Assembly: GCF_006345805.1 (NCBI RefSeq)
Contig: NW_021825958.1
Span: forward strand, 1 to 13,853
Reading direction: 5' to 3'
Origin: Octopus sinensis
Taxonomy: Eukaryota
Length of the DNA: 13,853 bases
The notes under the pieces were generated by a model. That model searched no databases. It had not been told where the DNA came from and saw only the letters and a list, made by a program, of their open reading frames with translations. The position numbers were made by a program, and so were the translations under genes. Position 1 is the stretch's first letter; each line of letters begins with the position of its first letter. This document shows positions 9,394-13,853 of this stretch, in pieces.

Positions 9394-9639
9394 CAATAAT
9401 ATGTTACATTACTCGATAGTCAAGATAAAACTCTGAGTTTCAGATGCCGAAGTGGGAATCCACAACACCATCTCTTCGCCAGATAACCGAAGAGATGGTG
9501 TTGTGGATTTCCACTTCGGCATCTGAAACTCAGAGTTCTATCTTGACTATTGAGTAAATGTAACTATTTTATAGATAAATTTCCTCTATTTACATAATAT
9601 TGAGGTCTCTTTCTTTCTTTTGTATCTTACCGTTTACAA
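9393..9639 (+). mobile_element. Penelope-like pLTR fragment with inverted partial copy, inserted in (TA)n
   Basis: Near-perfect inverted arms 9403-9478/9488-9564 with a 9 nt spacer, then a ~75 bp unpaired tail; contains a hammerhead-like motif. Confidence 0.6.
9481..9543 (+). ncRNA. Type I hammerhead ribozyme-like motif (CCGAAGA core variant)
   Basis: Stem I AGATAA/CTATCT (TTATCT in the inverted arm); CCGAAGA (9487-93); stem II GATG...CATC with inner GTGG/CCAC hairpin; extra T, then GAAA (9525-28); ACTC-A-GAGT stem III; GTT site. Confidence 0.5.
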
Positions 9640-9707
9640 ATATATATTATATATATATATATATATATCTATATATATATATCTATATATATATATATAC
9701 ATATATA

Positions 9708-11476
9708 ACTTAGAATAACTTAGAAAGGTTTTGGCCAGTATTGGCCCAGGCCATGTCTAACTTAATAGCACCACCTGGGTCAACACAGGGTAGATTGAAG
9801 TCTCCCATCATGATATGTTGCTAGAATGGCACTGTTGAATAAAGCACTAATGCTGTTGAGGCATTCTTTAAAGCACAGTATGGGTGTTTTGGGGCGGCCT
9901 ATAGAGCCCAATTACTGTCAGTCATTGGCTTTGTTGTGCACGGTGACTGATTCACAGTAGCCGTTGGAGAATATACTATTCCATCTGCCGTAAATGAATC
10001 ATGCAGGAAAATGGCAGTTCCACCCTTCCTCCTGCCGATACGATCCGCGCGGATGGTTGTGAAATTCTTCACTCTCACTTCGGCTTCCAAGTGGGAGTTG
10101 TCAGGTGGGTCTCAGTGAGAATGAAGAAAGGGATGTGGTGTGAATGGTTACCAACCCAGTCTTCAATGAATTGGACCTTCCATTTTTGTGCATTGATGGA
10201 AGGGCTGACACCTTGTGCATTGAGTAGGAATGTGGAGGTTAGTGTAGTGGCTGGTTTTGACTGTGCAGGGGGCTTGGATTTTTTTGTGTGTGTTAGTGGC
10301 AGCAATGTGGGGAATTGGTGGCACTGGGGTAACAAGATGGTGTTTGAGTGATGGCTAGAATGTTTTTGTGTATCTCTTTTGCCATGTTCAACATGGCTAA
10401 AAAAGAATTTTCCTGCTTAGGGAGCAGTTTTGGCTGGAGGTGTGGTTGCACTGTTGGATAGGGTTGTAGTTTCCACTTTTGTTGTTGTTGTTTTTGTGTC
10501 TTCCTGAAAAGACTGGACCAGCATTACTGCAGCATGGTGTGTTTCTATTTTTATTGTTATTCAGGTTTGTGTGTTGGCTTGAGGCCCTGTTTCTGTTTGT
10601 GCGTCGGGTCCCTGGAAGATGGTGAAGGGACAGTCACTCAGTAGACATGTTCTCTCACGTTGGGAATACCGGCAGATTTTGGGACTCCGAGTTGGTGTGT
10701 GTTTTGAATTTCGATTTACTATTTGGTGGTGTTGATGTTATTGTGGGATGCATGCTTTGGCCTTGCCGGTAGTGCGTCTAGTGCCGGTAGATCGTGAAGA
10801 TGCAGTCACTATTTGTGCAGAGTCTCTGGCGCAGTGAATAGCGGCATATTTGGGGATTTCTTGTTTGTGCCGTGGGGGGCGCATTCTGCTTCCTATGTTT
10901 CTTTAAGTTTTTGTTTAACTGCAGTAGTATTGGGGTGGTGATGTGGGGGAAGAGGGCAGTGGTTTCTTATTTGGTTTTCTGTTGGTATTTTTGGTGATAG
11001 AAGACGATGGTGGCAGCGGTGGTGATGATGATGATGATAATTGTGGTGGTTGCTGTGAGAGCGGTGAAAAGATACTGGCATTTAGTGAATCGTCTAGTAA
11101 GCTAGAGTTGAGGAGTGGCTGTTGTTGTTCTTGTTGCTGTGCTGTTGTTGTTGTTGTTGTGCCTGACCGATGTCAGGGTCAGCCATTGTGCTGGGAACCA
11201 GGAGTGGCCTTTCTGTTTTGTGTTGTTGTGGGCTGCTGATTTTCTAGCTGTTGTTGTTCTTGAACTGTGAAAATATGTAGAAGCTTTTCATAATGGCTCT
11301 TATCAGTTTGAAAATACTTCGATATGTTTCAACTTGCTACGAATCTGTTTGGACGGATCGTGTGTTGACCACTTGTGATGTTTTTTCGGCAATCTCATTC
11401 AACACAAGACATTTAGATTTTCTGTTTGGGAAAGAGAGAGCCATGTGTTTTTTAAAACATCAATTTCGTTATCAGA

Positions 11477-11478
<2 letters not shown>
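9708..11478 (-). mobile_element. CR1/L2-group LINE 5' half: degenerate ORF1 and ORF2 endonuclease, 3'-truncated
   Basis: Endonuclease motifs LNAQG, ILTETHL, IRADR...KGGTAIFL, GLYRPP and MGDFNLP across frameshifts (~10230-9780). The upstream T/N/Q-rich ORF1 begins near ATG ~11444 and has two ICRYS-x-C-x4-C fingers. Confidence 0.85.
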
Positions 11479-11572
<94 letters not shown>

Positions 11573-11643
11573 CATTATATATATATACAATATATATAAT
11601 ATATATATAACATATATATAGATATTATATTATACATTATATA

Positions 11644-11733
<90 letters not shown>

Positions 11734-11740
11734 TATATAG

Positions 11741-11784
<44 letters not shown>

Positions 11785-11970
11785 TATATATATATACATA
11801 TATATAATATAATATATTATATATATATCCTATATATATATATATAGATATATATATTATACATATATATATTATATATATATATACAATAATATATATA
11901 TATATATTATATATCCTTATATTATATATATATATTATATATATATATTATATATATATATATATATATA
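11479..11970. repeat. ~490 bp imperfect (TA)n tract
   Basis: Directly visible. Confidence 0.97.
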
Positions 11971-12382
11971 AAGTACCCACCCCACGATTTTGTTACCTCA
12001 TAACTTTCAGATAATTGATATTTTTTAAATGAAATTTTCTGCAAATACTCTTCAGATGGTGCAGACTTCGATTATATCGGGATTTGATGTGAAAAACAAA
12101 AATTCTGGTGAATGGGGAGAGGAATTTCCGAACATTCACAGAGTTTGCTTTCTTTCCTCATAACTTTTAGAAAATTGGTGCTTTTCTATTGAAATTTTCT
12201 ACAAATATCTTTCAGTGCGTGCAAATTACAACTATATTGGAATTTGATATGAAAAATAAAACTGTTGGTCACGTACACGCATCTTAATTGCTTTATAAAT
12301 GTGTCAGTATATATGTGTGTGAGCATTCTAATTTTCTTTTCTTTTTTTTTTATCCGTATCAAATTCAGATATAATTATAATC

Positions 12383-12663
12383 GGTACCACTTAAGAAGAG
12401 TGGTCCCGGTGCGCGCACTCACGCACTCGTGCTACCTAGTCGTGACTAGCCTGTAAAAAATTATTTATTTTATTTAAAAAAAAACCTATTTGTTTAAAAA
12501 AAACCCCACTAATTTATGATGGGGGTACCAAACGTTTATCTAATAACTTCTAATAACTTTCAACCGAATTTGTATGAACATTTGTTATAGGATCGACTAG
12601 TCACGACTAGCTTGCGCGAGTAAGCGAGTGCGCGCACCGGGATCACGATTCTTAAATAGTACC
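12383..12663. mobile_element. MITE, same GGTAC family, ~65 bp TIRs and 9 bp TSD
   Basis: GGTACCACTTAAGAAGAGTGGTCCCGGTGCGCGCAC / GTGCGCGCACCGGGATCACGATTCTTAAATAGTACC; TSD ATTATAATC / ATTGTAATC. Confidence 0.92.
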
Positions 12664-12941
12664 ATTGTAATCTGCACACTTTTAAACGTTTTTATAGAAA
12701 ATTTCATTGGAAAATAACCATTTTCCTAAAAGTTATTAGGAAACAAAACTGATTTATGTGAATTTTTTGAAACTCTGCTCCTCGCCCACGGGGAAAAAAA
12801 AAAAAAAAAAAAACTCACTACAAATTCCGAAATATTCGTAATCTACACTATCTGAAGTATATTTGTATATAAAAAATTTTTATTAAAAAATATCCATTTT
12901 TCTGGAAGTGATGAGGGAACAAAGTCGAGGTTCGCACACAT

Positions 12942-12976
<35 letters not shown>

Positions 12977-13011
12977 AAAGAATTATTATTATTATTATAA
13001 AATAATTATTA

Positions 13012-13468
13012 GGTACTTGTCTATTGTAGTGGTCCCGGTTTCGCACACGCGAATTCGCGCGCGCGCCAGACGCATGTACTCGATACTCGAGATCCTACGA
13101 GGGGACTTGCGCATGCGCAGTGCAGAATTCGCGCATGCGCGTTAAGGAGTTGATTCTGTTAGACTAATGTGTCAAAGTAGCTGGTTTCTAAGACAAGAGT
13201 TATTCTTTAGCCAGACAAACACTGGGCATAAATAACCAAGCCTCGCGTTTTACCAAGACTAAAGGTAATATTATTTTATAGTATTATGAACAATAGTAAT
13301 CGTCGTCGTCGTCGGTACTACTTGAGAACAGTGGTCCCGGGTCGCGCACGTGCGTACTCGCGCATCCGGGCCAGCTAGTCATGACTGGCCGATCCTTACT
13401 TTGTGTTTTTGTTATTTACTTTGTGTTTTAAAAAAAAGGATCTACTTTATTTACTTTGCTAGGTAGTC
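13012..13468 (+). repeat. Rearranged copy (B then A) of 7581-8161
   Basis: 13012-13145 matches 8028-8161 and 13141-13468 matches 7581-7909, overlapping at GTTAA. Confidence 0.93.
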
Positions 13469-13505
13469 TGAAAGTTATGAAGTAACAAAATCGTGGGTGG
13501 GTACT

Positions 13506-13506
<1 letters not shown>

Positions 13507-13543
<37 letters not shown>

Positions 13544-13557
13544 GTATATATATATAT

Positions 13558-13599
<42 letters not shown>

Positions 13600-13624
13600 T
13601 ATGTATATATATATAATATATATG

Positions 13625-13694
<70 letters not shown>

Positions 13695-13765
13695 GTAATT
13701 ATTAATAAGGGTGTAGGTAGTCTGAAAGTAGAAGTAACAAAGTCGTGGGGTGGGTACCTTACTTG

Positions 13766-13808
<43 letters not shown>

Positions 13809-13853
13809 ATATATATATATATATATATATATGTATATGTATATATATATATA
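13507..13853. repeat. (TA)n tract containing a second copy of the foldback terminus at 13714-13757
   Basis: TAGGTAGTCTGAAAGTAGAAGTAACAAAGTCGTGGGGTGGGTAC repeats 13460-13504. Confidence 0.9.

Larger units (their letters stand above)
11971..13506. mobile_element. Large foldback DNA element with long, internally repetitive inverted arms and nested insertions, in (TA)n
   Basis: 11971-12011 AAGTACCCACCCCACGATTTTGTTACCTCATAACTTTCAGA is near-exactly inverted at 13467-13506. 11985-12250 is imperfectly inverted at 12360-12382 plus 12664-12927. Each arm has two ~165 bp subrepeats (CCTCATAACTTT..GAAATTTTCT). Confidence 0.78.

Overview
Eukaryotic, gene-free, repeat-saturated window. The SINE families, (TA)n/(CA)n load and RTE tails look like an octopus/cephalopod genome; this is inferred from family recognition, not a search. 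No intact host gene or intact transposon ORF is visible. Retroelement relics: an RTE LINE endonuclease relic, two tRNA-derived SINE families (7 copies or fragments), a solo LTR, an LTR+pol relic nested in a SINE, an RTE-type 3' tail, and a CR1-group LINE 5' half with CCCH fingers. DNA-element relics: a Merlin (IS1595-like) transposase C-terminal relic missed by the ORF track, several GG-terminal MITEs with 8-9 bp TSDs, a non-autonomous Helitron and a large foldback element. Most notable: (i) two unrelated small elements each carrying a minimal type I hammerhead-ribozyme-like motif with the same CCGA (instead of CUGA) core, i.e. Penelope/retrozyme-like; (ii) a ~1 kb nested palindrome with 170 bp apparently identical outer arms; (iii) a circularly permuted duplication joined at GTTAA. 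Some of the palindromes and duplications could be assembly artefacts.
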